This document shows, in pieces, positions 31,557 to 41,657 of a stretch of DNA of 64,000 bases. Every line of letters begins with the position of its first letter. The first letter of the stretch is position 1. Source of the DNA: an uncultured delta proteobacterium (GTDB taxonomy: Bacteria; Desulfobacterota_D; UBA1144; Nemesobacterales; UBA2774). The position numbers and the translations under genes are program-made. The stretch spans positions 851,151-915,150 of the forward strand of contig CAVWAZ010000030.1 of NCBI GenBank assembly GCA_963752995.1, given 5' to 3'. Under the pieces are notes generated by a model, which saw only the letters and a list, made by a program, of their open reading frames with translations, was not told the DNA's origin and did no database searches.

Positions 31557-32444
31557 TCACTGCTTATCGTTAATAACCGAGTTGATGTCGATGAACGGAA
31601 TCGCCTCTCCCCCCGTGAACTTAGGCAGGGTGCCGTCCCATTTTTCCGACAGCCGGAGCTGTATCAGCTCGGGATTGTTTTTGAGCGCCTTCGCTTCCCT
31701 CTCTATAGCGTCGGCCTTCGCCCTCGAGCGGGCTTCGATATCGTACGCGGCGGCGTCCGCGGCGAGCTTTTGTTCCTGGTACCCGGCTTCCGCCTGCGTG
31801 ACCCTCTTCGTCTTTTCGTTCTTGGCCTGAAGGGCCTCCTGCTCCGCCCTGACCTTGAGCTCGATCGCCTTGTTGAACTCTTCGGAGAATTCGAAATCGG
31901 TGATAGCGACGTTTGAGATCTTGAGGGCCGCCGGGACGTTCTTGTCCTTTAAGGTCACGTCGATGAAGTTGTCTATGGCTTCCTGTATCTGGAGCTTGAC
32001 CTCCGCCCTCTTCGTTACGAGCTGCTCGGCCGTGTACTGAGCGGTTATCGCCTTCACGGATTCCTGGATCGCGGGCTCGATTACCGTCGCCGCAACCACG
32101 TCGCGGTTACCTATCTTCTGATACGTCTCCGGAGCCGAGGGACCCAGGAGCGAGTACTGCACGGTGACCTGAGTCTGTACTGTCTGTAAATCTTTAGACG
32201 CGGCCGCGGATTTCGACTGCGCCTTGTTGAGCCTTACGTCGATCTGCTCGATCTTGTCGATGAACGGTTTCTTGAGATGAAAACCTTCCGAAAGCGGTAC
32301 GGGCTGTACGGCCCCGAGCGTCCTTATGACGCCCACGTGGCCGCTTTCCACGATGACGAACGAGCTCGTGGCAAGAATTATTATCACGATGATCAATATC
32401 GGGTACAGAAAATTAATATTTTGCAAACCCGGTCTTATCGACAT
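31557..32444 (-). CDS. SPFH/band-7 (prohibitin-family) membrane protein
   Basis: N-terminal TM helix followed by the PHB domain (GHVGVIRTLGAV...VTVQYSL...) and a long coiled-coil tail. Confidence 0.8.
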   Translation of the reverse strand: MSIRPGLQNINFLYPILIIVIIILATSSFVIVESGHVGVIRTLGAVQPVPLSEGFHLKKPFIDKIEQIDVRLNKAQSKSAAASKDLQTVQTQVTVQYSLLGPSAPETYQKIGNRDVVAATVIEPAIQESVKAITAQYTAEQLVTKRAEVKLQIQEAIDNFIDVTLKDKNVPAALKISNVAITDFEFSEEFNKAIELKVRAEQEALQAKNEKTKRVTQAEAGYQEQKLAADAAAYDIEARSRAKADAIEREAKALKNNPELIQLRLSEKWDGTLPKFTGGEAIPFIDINSVINDKQ

Positions 32445-32531
32445 TACGAAACCCCCCTTTGCTTCTTTGTTATGAGCTTATTAATATAGCTGGTAATAGC
32501 TTACATTATGAGCGGGATATTGCATGAAGGG

Positions 32532-34226
32532 CTACCAGATTCCGTCGAGCACCCTGAGCCTTATATCTTTTTTACCGTTCCACTTGTTGAACTCCGGCGT
32601 GAAAGCGAGATCGATTCTGTCCGGCAGCTCCGTGACTCCCCCGGCATTGAACCATATCGCGTCGAGGGACTTCGTCCCCTGTTTCAGCTTGAGGCCGAGG
32701 TGCTTGTCTTTGAATATCCGCTGGGAGAGCACTTCGACCGACCGGGCGATCAAGACGGGCTCCGGGTTCCCTATACCGAAGGGCTCGAGCATGCCGAACT
32801 CGGTTAGGAGCGCGTCCGTGAGCTCCTGGAATTCCACTTCGCCGTCTATATCGAGCCTGGGCGCGTAGGCGTGACCCGAACCCGCGATAGCTTTCTCGAA
32901 CATCGCCCTGAACTCCTCTATCTTTTCCGCTTTGATGGATAGCCCCGCCGCCTGCTCGTGCCCGCCGAACTGCTCGAACAGCTCCCGGCATTCGGAGAGC
33001 GCGCTGTATATATTTATTCCCTCGACGCTCCTTCCGGAGCCCTTTCCCAGGCCGTTCCCGTCGATCGCGATGAGTATCGCGGGCTTCTCGTATCGCTCCA
33101 CTATCCTCGAGGCCACGATTCCTATTATTCCCGGATGCCAGTCGGGCGACGCGAGCACGATCGAATTGGCCTTCAGGATCCCGGGCTCTGATTCGATCTG
33201 CCTCACTGCCCCCTCCAATATTTCCCCCTCGATGCCCTGCCTTTCCGAATTCTCGCGGCTTAGCGCTTTCGCGATGTCCCTCGCGCTCCGGATATCGTCC
33301 GAGATAAATAGCTCGACCGCCTTTCCCGCCGTGCTCATCCTTCCGGAAGCGTTTATCCTCGGACCGAGCTTGAATCCGAGGTCGAACGTGTTTACCGCTC
33401 CCGTGATGCTGCTCGCTTCCTTGAGCGCGAGCAGTCCCGTCCTCTTCGGGTTCTCCATCCTCTTTATTCCTTCTTTCACGAATATGCGGTTCACGTCCAT
33501 GAGCGGCGCGCAGTCGGCCACCGTCCCTAATGCGACCAGGTCCAGGTAATCGGCCAGGTTCGGCTCGCCCTGCTTGAAGAAGCCGTCCTCTCGGAGCGCG
33601 CGGCGCAATGCTACGGCCAGATTGAACATCACTCCGACGCCCGCGATGGTTTTCCCGGGATATTTGCAGTCCGAGAGCTGAGGGTTCAGAATGGACACGG
33701 CGTCCGGAAGCTCCTCGGGCGGCTTGTGGTGGTCGGTCACTATGAAATCGGCCCCGAGCCTCTTCGCTTCCCCGACTTCTTTTACTGCGGTTATTCCGCA
33801 GTCCCCCGAGATAAAGAGAGTCACCCCTCCTTCGGCGAGCCTTTTTACCGCCTCGATATTGACGCCGTACCCCTCCTTCATCCTGTCCGGGTTATAGAAG
33901 ATCACGTCCGCTCCGAGGCCCTTTAGAAATGTATAGAATAGTGCGGTGGACGTGACGCCGTCCACGTCATAGTCCCCGTATATCGCTATTTTTTCCTTGC
34001 CCGCGATCGCACGCTTGATCCTTTCCACGGCCTTGTCCATTCCCTTCATGAGGTAGGGCGAAGGGAGGTCGAAGAGCGTGCTGTTTAAGAACAGGTTCGC
34101 TTCGGCTTCGTTCCCGATCCCCCTGTTGATGAGGATCTGAGCCGTGAGGGGCGAGATACCGAGGTGTTTCGAAATCCTCTCTCTCAGCTTCGGGTTTTCC
34201 TTTTTTATTGTCCAGTTCTTCTTCAT
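32532..34226 (-). CDS. recJ: Single-stranded-DNA-specific exonuclease RecJ
   Basis: DHH motifs (IAIYGDYDVDGVTSTAL; DHH at TDHHKPPE) and DHHA1 (GGGHEQAAG). Confidence 0.9.
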   Translation of the reverse strand: MKKNWTIKKENPKLRERISKHLGISPLTAQILINRGIGNEAEANLFLNSTLFDLPSPYLMKGMDKAVERIKRAIAGKEKIAIYGDYDVDGVTSTALFYTFLKGLGADVIFYNPDRMKEGYGVNIEAVKRLAEGGVTLFISGDCGITAVKEVGEAKRLGADFIVTDHHKPPEELPDAVSILNPQLSDCKYPGKTIAGVGVMFNLAVALRRALREDGFFKQGEPNLADYLDLVALGTVADCAPLMDVNRIFVKEGIKRMENPKRTGLLALKEASSITGAVNTFDLGFKLGPRINASGRMSTAGKAVELFISDDIRSARDIAKALSRENSERQGIEGEILEGAVRQIESEPGILKANSIVLASPDWHPGIIGIVASRIVERYEKPAILIAIDGNGLGKGSGRSVEGINIYSALSECRELFEQFGGHEQAAGLSIKAEKIEEFRAMFEKAIAGSGHAYAPRLDIDGEVEFQELTDALLTEFGMLEPFGIGNPEPVLIARSVEVLSQRIFKDKHLGLKLKQGTKSLDAIWFNAGGVTELPDRIDLAFTPEFNKWNGKKDIRLRVLDGIW

Positions 34227-34327
34227 GGGAGCGGAAATAAAAGCTGCACGATGAATTCTATCCGGGGCATAGGGCCGCGGTTTTTCATCCGGCCGGCTAT
34301 CGATAAATTTGTTTTATACCCGTGGAC

Positions 34328-34774
34328 TCACTGCGAATCGCGGCCCCTCAGGTAGTTCACGAGCCCGTTCAGCCCCAGAATATAGCTGTCCGATCCGAAC
34401 CCGGATATGACCCCGACAGAGACCCCCGAGATAAACGACTTCTGTCTGAAGTCCTCCCTCTTGTAAATATTGGAGATGTGGACTTCGACCACGGGCAGCC
34501 CGGCCGAGAGTATTGCGTCCCTGATGGCGATACTCGTGTGCGTGTACGCCCCGGGGTTGATGAGGATTCCGTCCGATTTTTTCATCGCGTCCTGGATCCT
34601 GTCCACGATTTCCCCTTCCGAGTTCGACTGGAAAACTTCGGTCTTTACGTCGAGCCTCCTCGACTCCTCCTTGAGGATCCTGTTAATTTCCTGGAGCGTG
34701 CCCGCGCCGTATATAGAGGGCTCCCGCTTGCCGAGCATGTTGAGATTCGGTCCGTGTATGATGAGTATCTTCAT
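34328..34774 (-). CDS. aroQ: 3-dehydroquinate dehydratase, type II
   Basis: [23 protein letters not shown]...[16 protein letters not shown], classic type II DHQase; 148 aa. Confidence 0.9.
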   Translation of the reverse strand: MKILIIHGPNLNMLGKREPSIYGAGTLQEINRILKEESRRLDVKTEVFQSNSEGEIVDRIQDAMKKSDGILINPGAYTHTSIAIRDAILSAGLPVVEVHISNIYKREDFRQKSFISGVSVGVISGFGSDSYILGLNGLVNYLRGRDSQ

Positions 34775-34782
34775 CTATGCGT

Positions 34783-35508
34783 TCACTCTCCCCGAAGGAA
34801 CCCGGCGCTTTTATTTACCAGGTACAGCCTCGACTGCGCGAGCTTCTTCCTGACGGCGTCGTTTCCGGGATCGCTCTCGAACACCTTCTCAAGTATTACG
34901 CAGGCCTTCTCATAGAGGCCCTGTGCGATGTAGATGTCGGCGATCGTCTCCGTATAGAGCTCCTTCTCGTATTTTCCCACGCTCGATTCGAGCTCTTCTG
35001 AGCTCTTCGATTCGAGCGCCGTCTTTATGCTCTCTCTCGCGAACTGAAATTCCTTCTCCTTGTTCTTTGCCCGCGACAGCGAATCCTCGATCTCCCTCAA
35101 CTCGGACATTATCGACGCGTCGTGCGTATGGTATGCCGACGCCGTCCTCAGGAGCTCGAGCGCCTTGTCGTAGGCTTCCTCGCTCTTCAGTATCTGCACC
35201 AGCATCTTGCATGCGGCGAGGTTGTCCGGAGCGAGCTCTACGACGGTCCGGAATTCCCTCTTGGCCTGTTCGATGAGCCACCTGTCGTAGTAGATTTTCC
35301 CTAATAGAAACCTGCCCGTAACGCTCTTCTTATTATACTTCAAACCGTTTATCAATACATTAATGGCCTTGTCGATTTTTCCCTGCTTGTAGAGGACCTG
35401 CGCGAGGAAAATAAACGCTACGGACGAGGGGTCCTGCGTCAGGATTCTTGCGTACTTTTCTTCGAACTTGACGAGATCGTCTTCGGTCGAGTAATTATCT
35501 CCGGGCAT
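34783..35508 (-). CDS. Tetratricopeptide-repeat protein
   Basis: Several TPR-like 34-residue helical repeats (AQVLYKQGKIDKAINVL..., LGKIYYDRWLIEQAKREF...). 8 nt upstream of aroQ on the same strand. Confidence 0.65.
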   Translation of the reverse strand: MPGDNYSTEDDLVKFEEKYARILTQDPSSVAFIFLAQVLYKQGKIDKAINVLINGLKYNKKSVTGRFLLGKIYYDRWLIEQAKREFRTVVELAPDNLAACKMLVQILKSEEAYDKALELLRTASAYHTHDASIMSELREIEDSLSRAKNKEKEFQFARESIKTALESKSSEELESSVGKYEKELYTETIADIYIAQGLYEKACVILEKVFESDPGNDAVRKKLAQSRLYLVNKSAGFLRGE

Positions 35509-35742
35509 GGTCGCTCTGATATTACTTCATACTTCAAATCGGAATCAAGAAAGTCTTCTGCCTGAGTTAAAAGCTAAACGGACCGCGAGCATTATCGATC
35601 TGTCCGGGTTAGGCAATTATAAATCATAACATAAGACAAATAATTGAAATATAGTCCTTCATCGTCCTCTGCGCGTAGCTCCGTCAATTTCGGATTCTGC
35701 GCCAACCGGTAGAAGTTTTGAAATCTTCCGTGGGGAGCGGGG

Positions 35743-37323
35743 CTATTCAGTCTTCCTTCCCCCCGATATTTTTCTCCTTATCAGGTCGAGGAGAAACCCC
35801 GCCTCCTCGATCTTCAAAATTCTCGTAAGAATAATAAATAACGCGCCGGACACGCAAATAGACAGGGCCAGCACGGCTATTTTTTTCACCGAGAATTCGG
35901 ACCCCGTCCAGTCGGCGTAAGTCGAGATCGTCCAGGCCGCTCCCGCCATCACCCCGGAGACTGCGATCATCTTGAGGCAGAAGAGGAAGATCGTCCTCGC
36001 TTTTAAATCCCCCGTCCTCCTTTCGAGAAGGTATATGAGCGCGAGGAAGTTGAATACGGAAGACGCCGAGTTCGCGAGCGCGAGTCCGGTGTGCTCGAGC
36101 CTGAGCGTGAACCCGAGCACGTATCCCAGCGCGGCGTTGAGTAAGAATGCGAAAAACGCTACCACTACCGGCGTCTTCGTATCCTGCATCGCGTAAAATG
36201 CCGGGGCCGTAACCCTCAGCCCCCCTACCGCCCATAGCCCGAGACAGTATCCGGAAAGTGTCTGGGCGGTGGCGAGGGTCGCTTCGTAAGTGAATTCCCC
36301 CCTCTGGTAGAGGAGGTTGCATATCGGGATGCGGAGCGCTATAAGCCCGGCGAGCGCCGGGATAAGAATGAAGAGCAGGAGCTTGAGCGTGAACGAATAG
36401 GTCTCGTGGAACTTATCGTAGTCCCCCCTGCTTATGTAGCTCGAAAGGCTCGGCAGGAGCACGGTCGCTATGGATACGGCGATTATCCCGAGAGGGAATT
36501 CGGTCAGCCTCTCCGCGAAATATAGATAGGATATCGTACCCTCGGGCATGAATGACGCGTACTGGGAGCTTACTATGAGATTAAGGTTATAGACCGCGAG
36601 TCCGAAGAGCTGGGGCACGAGGAGGAGCCCTATACGCTTGACCGCGGGGTTTCTCAGGTTCACCGTGAAGCTGAACAGGAACCCGCTCGCCCGTAAGAAC
36701 GGGATCTGTATCAGGAGCTGCAATACCCCGCCCAGGATTACTCCCGCAGCGGCCGAATAGATCGGCAGTCCGAATTTATTAAAAAGTGCGAATATGGCAA
36801 TTATCATGGATATGTTCAGGAGCACCGGAGAAAAAGCGGGGGCGAAAAAATGCCTGAGCGAGTTCAGCACCCCCATGGATAGGGCGGTCAGGGAAATGAA
36901 GAATATGTATGGGAACATTATCCTGTTGAGCGCGACCGAGAGTTCGAACGTCTCCCTGTCGAAGCCGTATGCGAAGAGCTTTACTATGTAGGGAGAGAAA
37001 ATAACCCCGAGGATTGAAACGATTATCGTTATCGTGAAGAGCAGGCTGAAGACTATGTCCGAAACCTTCTTGGCTTCCTCCTTGTCCCTCTTCTCCAGCA
37101 TCTCGGTGAAGATGGGAATGAAGGAGATCGTAAGGGACCCCTCGGCGAAGAGCCTCCTAAGCAGGTTCGGTATCCTGAAAGCGATCCAGAATGCGTCCGT
37201 GAACGCGGTCGCCCCGAAGAAGTAGGCCATTACCATATCCCGTATGTACCCGGTGATTCGGCTGAGGAGCGTGAGAAAACCTATCATTCCCGCTGAACGG
37301 GCTATTTCGTGTTTATCGCTCAT
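35743..37323 (-). CDS. murJ: Lipid II flippase MurJ (MviN)
   Basis: 526 aa, ~14 TM helices. The conserved N-terminal ...TLLSRITGYIRDMVMAYFFGA..AFWIAFRIPNLLRRLFAEGSL.. is diagnostic of MurJ. Confidence 0.9.
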   Translation of the reverse strand: MSDKHEIARSAGMIGFLTLLSRITGYIRDMVMAYFFGATAFTDAFWIAFRIPNLLRRLFAEGSLTISFIPIFTEMLEKRDKEEAKKVSDIVFSLLFTITIIVSILGVIFSPYIVKLFAYGFDRETFELSVALNRIMFPYIFFISLTALSMGVLNSLRHFFAPAFSPVLLNISMIIAIFALFNKFGLPIYSAAAGVILGGVLQLLIQIPFLRASGFLFSFTVNLRNPAVKRIGLLLVPQLFGLAVYNLNLIVSSQYASFMPEGTISYLYFAERLTEFPLGIIAVSIATVLLPSLSSYISRGDYDKFHETYSFTLKLLLFILIPALAGLIALRIPICNLLYQRGEFTYEATLATAQTLSGYCLGLWAVGGLRVTAPAFYAMQDTKTPVVVAFFAFLLNAALGYVLGFTLRLEHTGLALANSASSVFNFLALIYLLERRTGDLKARTIFLFCLKMIAVSGVMAGAAWTISTYADWTGSEFSVKKIAVLALSICVSGALFIILTRILKIEEAGFLLDLIRRKISGGRKTE

Positions 37324-37348
37324 AACGGATGGGGGCGGGCGCTGTAAA

Positions 37349-37570
37349 TCACTGCCCGGCTGAGCCCACCTCCTCGAACTCTATCTCTTTTCTTAATCTT
37401 TCCAAGATGTTACGGGTCTCCTGGAGGAGGTCTTCAGTAGTTATCACCTGAATGATCCCCGATTCCGGGTCATCCGTCCTTACCCATGCGATGTGCGAAT
37501 AAGTGCCTATGATTGATTGGAAGTATACGCTTTCACTGTTATTTTTAAGCTTTATCGATATAGTGGGCAT
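37349..37570 (-). CDS. Small hypothetical protein immediately upstream of murJ
   Basis: 73 aa ORF ending 25 nt before the murJ start on the same strand. No motif recognised. Confidence 0.35.
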   Translation of the reverse strand: MPTISIKLKNNSESVYFQSIIGTYSHIAWVRTDDPESGIIQVITTEDLLQETRNILERLRKEIEFEEVGSAGQ

Positions 37571-37900
37571 AGGGCCGGCTTCGGTATTTTAAAGTAGAGA
37601 TTATATACAACTTTATGCCCTTTTCCGATTCCTTCCAGCTAATATTCACGGATTAAATCGACGGCGGAAATGACTTTAGTTATACGGTGGTACGAAGTGG
37701 CATTATTGTATTTTTATGCCCCCGGAACTGAAGAATATTATATGTCGTGATTGTAATATGTTACAGGGCATTATTAAAGCAAGCACCTTCCGTTATGCCT
37801 TAAACAGCCTTCTTTTCGAGCCAAGACGTAAGTTAATTACGTATGTTTTTATTTCAAACCCCCGATCAGACTAAAAAATTGAAAAATAACACAAACTTAC

Positions 37901-37929
37901 TTGACAAACTTAATATGCAGTTATATAGT
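37901..37929 (+). promoter_or_regulatory. Sigma-70 promoter of the dcw cluster (Pmra)
   Basis: TTGACA (37901-37906), 17 nt spacer, TATAGT (37924-37929), ~40 nt upstream of the mraZ ATG. Confidence 0.6.
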
Positions 37930-37961
37930 GGTTGAGAGTGGCATAGAGTGGCATAAGATGG
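37927..37961 (+). promoter_or_regulatory. MraZ operator: four direct repeats at exact 10 bp spacing
   Basis: AGTGG at 37927, 37937 and 37947 and GATGG at 37957, each followed by a 5 nt spacer. They overlap the -10 element and TSS region. Confidence 0.55.
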
Positions 37962-37967
37962 TATGAT

Positions 37968-38414
37968 ATGTTCCGAGGACGATACGAACATACAATGACG
38001 GATAAAGGACGCGTGAGTATCCCTGCGAAGTTTCGTGAGGTGTGCAGGGAAAAGTACGCGGATGAGACTCTGATCATTACGAATTTCGATAAATGTCTCG
38101 TGGCGTATCCCCTAAAGGAATGGAACGAGATAGAAAGGAAAGTGTCCTCCTTACCCCAGTTCAAGCAGGAGGTAATCTCATTCCTCAGATACCTGATGGG
38201 AGGGGCCGTAGACTGCCCCCTCGACGGTCAGGGGAGGGTGCTTATACCCCAGCCCCTCAGGAGCCATGCCCGTATCGATAAGGAGCTTGTCATGATCGGC
38301 ATGCTCACGAGGATCGAGATCTGGGCGAAGGAAGTGTGGGAGGAGGAAGAGCAGGGCCGCGCATACGAAGAATTCAAAAAGAGCAGGGAGATTCTTGCGG
38401 GACAAGGACTATAA
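37968..38414 (+). CDS. mraZ: Transcriptional regulator MraZ
   Basis: Duplicated MraZ/SpoVT-AbrB fold with MFRGRYEHTMTDKGRVSIPAKFRE... and second-repeat DGQGRVLIPQPLRSHA. Confidence 0.9.
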   Translation: MFRGRYEHTMTDKGRVSIPAKFREVCREKYADETLIITNFDKCLVAYPLKEWNEIERKVSSLPQFKQEVISFLRYLMGGAVDCPLDGQGRVLIPQPLRSHARIDKELVMIGMLTRIEIWAKEVWEEEEQGRAYEEFKKSREILAGQGL

Positions 38415-38418
38415 GGAG

Positions 38419-39378
38419 ATGGAAAACGCGGTCGTGGAAATTTCAAAGCCGGTTCACCGATCGGTGCTGAGCGAAGAGGTTGTCGGTTACCTCATCACCC
38501 GGCCGGAGGGCGTATACGTGGACGCCACCCTGGGCATGGGCGGCCATACCAAATCGATACTCGACTATACACATTCAAGGTGCCTCGTCATTGGGCTCGA
38601 CGTCGACGAGGAAGCGATCTCGATATCGCGCGGGAGGCTCTCCGCATATAACGGCCACGTTATTTACCGCAATAGTAATTTTTCGGATATAGATAAGGTC
38701 CTCGACAGCCTCGACATAAGAGAGGTCGACGGGATCATTGCCGACCTCGGTATGTCCTCGTTTCAGATCGAGTCGAGCGAAAGGGGATTCAGCTTCATGA
38801 GAGAGGAGCCTCTCGACATGAGGATGGACCCGAGGCTCCGGTTTACGGCCTACGACCTCGTAAACGAAATGACCATGGACGAGATATCGAGGGTTCTCAA
38901 GATGTACGGGGAGGAGAAGTGGTCGAGGAGGATTGCGAAGAGGATCGTGGAGACGAGGAGCGAGAATCCCATCAAGACCTCCGCCGAGCTTGCCAGGGTC
39001 GTGTCCCTCGCCATTCCGAGAAAATTTCACCCGGCGAAGATACACCCCGCGACGAAGACCTTCCAGGCGCTCCGTATAGCCGTTAATAACGAGCTTGAAA
39101 ATATAAATGAGTTCATCGGGAAAGCCGTTTCCCGCCTGAGGGTGGGAGGCAGGCTTGTAATCATATCCTTTCACTCGCTCGAGGACAGGCTCGTGAAAAC
39201 GAGCTTCCTCCGCATGGCGTCCCCCTGTATCTGTCCCCCGGGAATGCCCGAATGCGGCTGCGGTAAAAAGAGTGTCCTCAAAATAATCACGCGCACACCC
39301 ATCGTTCCGGGTGAAGAAGAGATATTGAACAACCCCAGGGCGCGAAGCGCCAAAATGAGGGTTGGGGAAAGGGTTTAG
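38419..39378 (+). CDS. rsmH: 16S rRNA (cytosine1402-N4)-methyltransferase RsmH (MraW)
   Basis: HRSVLSEEV...YVDATLGMGGHT...DLGMSSFQ... SAM-binding motifs. The start is taken at the ATG after the mraZ stop; the track ORF begins 24 nt earlier, inside mraZ. Confidence 0.9.
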   Translation: MENAVVEISKPVHRSVLSEEVVGYLITRPEGVYVDATLGMGGHTKSILDYTHSRCLVIGLDVDEEAISISRGRLSAYNGHVIYRNSNFSDIDKVLDSLDIREVDGIIADLGMSSFQIESSERGFSFMREEPLDMRMDPRLRFTAYDLVNEMTMDEISRVLKMYGEEKWSRRIAKRIVETRSENPIKTSAELARVVSLAIPRKFHPAKIHPATKTFQALRIAVNNELENINEFIGKAVSRLRVGGRLVIISFHSLEDRLVKTSFLRMASPCICPPGMPECGCGKKSVLKIITRTPIVPGEEEILNNPRARSAKMRVGERV

Positions 39379-39429
39379 ACATGGCTCACGTAAAAGCCCT
39401 CGGGTCGAGAGAGAAGGAAAAATCGGAGG

Positions 39430-39735
39430 ATGGAAAGATCGGAAAGAACTGGTCTCTCCACGGGGTTTGTGATACTCGTCCTGGTCGCTCTGGCGCTCGC
39501 CCTTTTCTATGTCAGGTTTAAGGTCGAAGAGCTGCGGGTGGGCTATGAGATTTCACGGAACAACAAGCAGACGAACGAGCTCCTGAAGCAGAAACGGATA
39601 CTCCAGTCCGAATTTATGAGCGCGAAGTCTCCCGACAGGCTCGAACAGTCCGCTCTCGAGATGGGGTTCAAGTACCCGACTCAGGAAGACATAATTTACG
39701 TTGAAGAGACGACGGTCGCCGACGGTGAACGATGA
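39430..39735 (+). CDS. ftsL: Cell division protein FtsL
   Basis: 101 aa bitopic protein with one TM helix and a coiled-coil, in the canonical position between rsmH and ftsI. Confidence 0.7.
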   Translation: MERSERTGLSTGFVILVLVALALALFYVRFKVEELRVGYEISRNNKQTNELLKQKRILQSEFMSAKSPDRLEQSALEMGFKYPTQEDIIYVEETTVADGER

Positions 39736-41657
39736 AGCCCAAGAAGAGCTCGAAAAGGATATCCCTGGGAAGGGAGCTCGACAGACCGAAATGGAAGGTT
39801 ATGATCGTCGGGACTTTTATGCTTCTTCTTTTCACCTCTGTATGTATTAAAGCCCTCGACCTGCAGGTATTGGATCGTGAGCGCGCCTTCACGATTGCCA
39901 GACAACAGCACCATGGGAGCTCGACCCTCCTCCCCCGCCGCGGAAAAATCCTCGACAGGAATATGAAGGAGCTCGCCGTGAACGTCGAGATAAAATCCGT
40001 CTTTGCCAACCCGTATGCGGTAAAGAATCCTGCGGAGCTCTCGAAGATACTTTCGTCCAAGCTCGGGCTGCCTGAAAAGGGCGTTCTTCAGAAGCTGACC
40101 TCCAAGTCCTCGTTCGTGTGGCTCGCCAGACTCGTCGATCCCGCCGTTACGGCGGAGCTCGAAAAAATGAACATCGACGGGATCGGATTCATCGAAGAGC
40201 CCAAGCGCGTATACCCGAACGGCCCCCTCATGGGTCAGCTGCTCGGGTTCACCAATATAGATTCGACCGGCATCGAGGGCATCGAATACCGTTATGACGG
40301 ACTCTTGATCGGGAAGCCCGGGAAGATCACTTTAAAAAGAGACGCGCGCGGAAGAAAGATAATAAATAACCCCGGCATAGTAGAAGACTTCGGCGAGGAG
40401 AAGACCGCGGGTCACGACATAATACTGACCATAGACTCACAGATTCAGCACATAGTAGAGAGGGAGCTCAAGGACGGCATAGAGAAAATGAACGGCGAGA
40501 AGGGCATGGCGATACTGCTCGACCCGGAAACCGGTGAAGTGCTCGCCATGGCTTCCTATCCCTTTCTCGACCCGAACAAATACGGCGACTTCCCGCTCGA
40601 TTACAGGAGGAACCTCCCTGTCTGGTACACGTTCGAGCCCGGCTCCACCATGAAGACGTTTCTCGCGTCGAGCGCGCTTCAGGAGAAGGTGGCGAACCCG
40701 TCGACGGAATTTTACTGCGAGAACGGCAGGAGACAGGTGGGAGCGAAGATAATAAAGGACGTTCATCCCTACGGGACACTCACGTTTGCGGACGTGATAA
40801 GGGTTTCGAGCAATATCTGCGCATCCAAGATCGGGGAGCTCCTGGGCAAGGAGAAATACTATAGCTACTTGAAGAAGTTCGGCTTCGGAGACAAGACAGG
40901 CATAGACGTCCCCGGCGAATCGAGCGGCAGGCTCACGAGCCCGAAATCGTGGGGCAGGATCGAGCTCGCCACTATCTCGTTCGGACAGGGGGTGTCGGTC
41001 ACTGCGCTCCAGCTTGCGTCCGCGCTGTCGGCGATAGCCAACGGCGGATACCTCATGAAGCCGCACATGGTAAAGAAGATAATCGGCCCCGACGGGAACG
41101 TGATCAGGGACAACGTCTCCGAGGTCGAAAGCCGTGTAATATCTTATGACACCGCTCAGGAGATGACCCGTATATTGGAAAGGGTCGTGGAAGAGGGTAC
41201 GGGAAAGAAGGCGGCTATCCCGGGTTATAAAGTCGCGGGGAAGACCGGGACCGCGCAGATACCGGACCCCGTCAACGGCGGTTATTATCACGACCGTTAC
41301 ATAGCTTCATTCATAGGGTTCGCGCCGTCCGACGACCCCCGGATAACCCTGGTCGTAGTAGTGGAGGCGCCTAAGAAAATGACCCACGGGGGTTCGGTTT
41401 CCGCCCCGATTTTCAAACAGATAACGGAGAAGGTGCTTTTTCATATGGGCATATCGCCCAGGAAAGACCTCGTCGGGGCGAAGATAATGCCCGACCTCAG
41501 CGGGAAAAGCGTGAGGGATATCCTCAAGTGGTCCGAGCAGGAGGGCATCAAGGTTCAGGTCAAGGGCAGCGGCTATGTGACGGGGCAGAGCCCGTCTCCG
41601 GGGGATATGATAAAGGAAGGTATGGTATGTTCTATAGAGCTTAAACAGAATATATGA
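39732..41657 (+). CDS. ftsI: Peptidoglycan D,D-transpeptidase FtsI (class B PBP) with a C-terminal PASTA domain
   Basis: Transpeptidase motifs STMK, SSN and KTGT are present. The last ~60 aa form a PASTA domain (PDLSGKSVRDILKWSEQEGIKVQVKGSGYVTGQSP). Confidence 0.9.
   Translation: MKPKKSSKRISLGRELDRPKWKVMIVGTFMLLLFTSVCIKALDLQVLDRERAFTIARQQHHGSSTLLPRRGKILDRNMKELAVNVEIKSVFANPYAVKNPAELSKILSSKLGLPEKGVLQKLTSKSSFVWLARLVDPAVTAELEKMNIDGIGFIEEPKRVYPNGPLMGQLLGFTNIDSTGIEGIEYRYDGLLIGKPGKITLKRDARGRKIINNPGIVEDFGEEKTAGHDIILTIDSQIQHIVERELKDGIEKMNGEKGMAILLDPETGEVLAMASYPFLDPNKYGDFPLDYRRNLPVWYTFEPGSTMKTFLASSALQEKVANPSTEFYCENGRRQVGAKIIKDVHPYGTLTFADVIRVSSNICASKIGELLGKEKYYSYLKKFGFGDKTGIDVPGESSGRLTSPKSWGRIELATISFGQGVSVTALQLASALSAIANGGYLMKPHMVKKIIGPDGNVIRDNVSEVESRVISYDTAQEMTRILERVVEEGTGKKAAIPGYKVAGKTGTAQIPDPVNGGYYHDRYIASFIGFAPSDDPRITLVVVVEAPKKMTHGGSVSAPIFKQITEKVLFHMGISPRKDLVGAKIMPDLSGKSVRDILKWSEQEGIKVQVKGSGYVTGQSPSPGDMIKEGMVCSIELKQNI

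Noticed and set aside
40437-41291. 284 aa minus ORF
   Set aside because: Antisense to ftsI.
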